12,570 bases of DNA from assembly GCA_965233585.1 (NCBI GenBank), contig CBDDTI010000356.1, positions 1 through 12,570 on the forward strand, written 5' to 3'. The translations under genes and the position numbers were made by a program. This document shows, piece after piece, positions 10,569 through 12,570 of the stretch. Source of the stretch: a bacterium (GTDB lineage Bacteria; SAR324; NAC60-12). The first letter of the stretch is position 1. Each line of letters begins with the position of its first letter. The notes beneath the pieces are model-generated. The model was not told the origin of the DNA and made no database searches. It worked only from the letters and a program-made list of their open reading frames with translations.

Positions 10569-10823
10569 GAGTGCATGGAAAATCGTTTGAAACGATGGCA
10601 AGAGGAAAATAACCGGCTGACCAAGGAAGGCTGCTACAGGCTGCTTCGAGCTCTCAAAGAACAGCAACTGGATCCCATTCCAACACTACTTAGTAGTAAA
10701 GATGGAGCCTCAGTGACCTTTGCTCAAATAATCGGAGGTTACTCAGCAATTGAACAAGGCTTTAAGCGCGATGCTAAGGGCGCCAAGGATGTGTGTGCTC
10801 GAGTGTTCTACGAGTTCCATCGG
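10569..10823 (+). CDS. Exon C of the GBP-like gene (helical domain); boundaries approximate
   Basis: ECMENRLKRWQEENNRLTKEGCYRLLRAL...GGYSAIEQGFKRDAKGAK follows GBP LEKKRDDFCKQN..S...C..LL...GGY. In-frame AGs also lie at 10529 and 10538. The donor is either GC at 10824 or GT at 10828. Confidence 0.68.
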
Positions 10824-10985
10824 GCAGGTTTACTGATCTGAGAATGTATACTGAGCTGTAGAAATTAAGTCTTCAATTTTGCCTTTCAGCAATCAGCACT
10901 TAGAGAATGAAGTAGACTGGGAAAAAAAACTAAGATCGTCAAACCATGCATTGCATAGAGAAACTACCTTAGGGTGTATGGTCCA

Positions 10986-11788
10986 TATTTAACAATGAGA
11001 TTATGAGCTAGAGATTCCTATAGATGATAGTTGAAGAGGCCGACTGCCGAATCAACTATCGCTTCATAGAAATCAAAGACAAATTATCTAATTGTTGTAG
11101 TAGAATTAACTGAAATTAACGCTCAAACAACGGTTTTAAATTATTTTTCTACGCATTATTGAACTTAACGCTTTAACAAAATCCAACCTTTCGAATTTTC
11201 TCTGGTAAATACGATTGTTTTCGCGCGCGCACACCTTCTTCAACAATTTCAAGTTTTTAAAGTCAAGAAACTGTTATTGCCTTCGTCTAGTTTTGTCCAG
11301 AATTTTTAAAATTATTCACTTACTTTTAAAGTTTGGTCTAAAACGTCGAAAAAGCGATAAAAATGTTGCATTTCATGGACGACCGACGGCCATTGCACTC
11401 TAATTAAAACAGGGTGTTTCGGTAGAGGAACTTTCTGCTGATAGCTGCTGATAGCGGGAGATTTGATGTTCTTAAAACGAATATTTGGCCGAGAAGCGAA
11501 GCTTCGAGGGCAAATTCTTCGGTTTCACCGTCGCACGATTAAAAAAGTAATTCGTAAACCATTCACTAAATAAACTCAAGAAATTAAAACGTTATAGGAG
11601 ATAAATAATTAAGACACTTCTCTTCTTTTATTTCTGTACGTTTTCCTGATCTCCTAATATTTTTCGAAATATTTTCCACAAATTTACAGAGCCCATACCT
11701 GATGAAGATAATAACTTTGGTGGCTCTTTAGTATTGGATTTTAGACAACGATGACGTCACGTGTAACCCAAGAATATGCTAGTTTTAA
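10986..11788. mobile_element. Hairpin-bearing non-coding element (possibly Crypton-like), interrupted by later insertions
   Basis: Long imperfect palindrome at 10991-11096 and a second palindrome centred on GAAGC-GAA-GCTTC (11493-11505). The superfamily assignment is inference. Confidence 0.45.
11514..11775. mobile_element. MITE of about 260 bp, nested in the second hairpin
   Basis: ATTCTTCGGTTTCAC (11514-11528) versus the reverse complement of 11761-11775, ATTCTTGGGTTACAC (13/15). Removing it restores the host palindrome. Confidence 0.65.

Positions 11789-12570
<782 letters not shown>

Overview
Eukaryotic, repeat-dense region; the repeat landscape suggests a cnidarian such as a stony coral (inference). 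On the + strand lie three exons of a guanylate-binding protein (GBP)-like large GTPase gene (2654-2826, ~5132-5427, ~10569-10823). The gene looks damaged: the middle GTPase exons are not found, a LINE sits inside a splice donor, and one acceptor is off by one base. The first exon ends in a minor-spliceosome (U12)-type donor. Most of the remainder is transposon-derived. The most notable part is 1-1657: three 3' ends of Penelope-like elements (PLEs) abut (TA)n tracts, and each carries a type I hammerhead ribozyme (66-116 +, 240-272 -, 1227-1283 -). Two of the ribozymes show compensatory base changes. Also present are a 536-bp 1.7-copy tandem repeat, two TTAA-flanked Kolobok-like elements, a CR1/L2-group LINE 3' end, an RTE-X-like fragment, two MITEs and a hairpin-bearing element with nested insertions.
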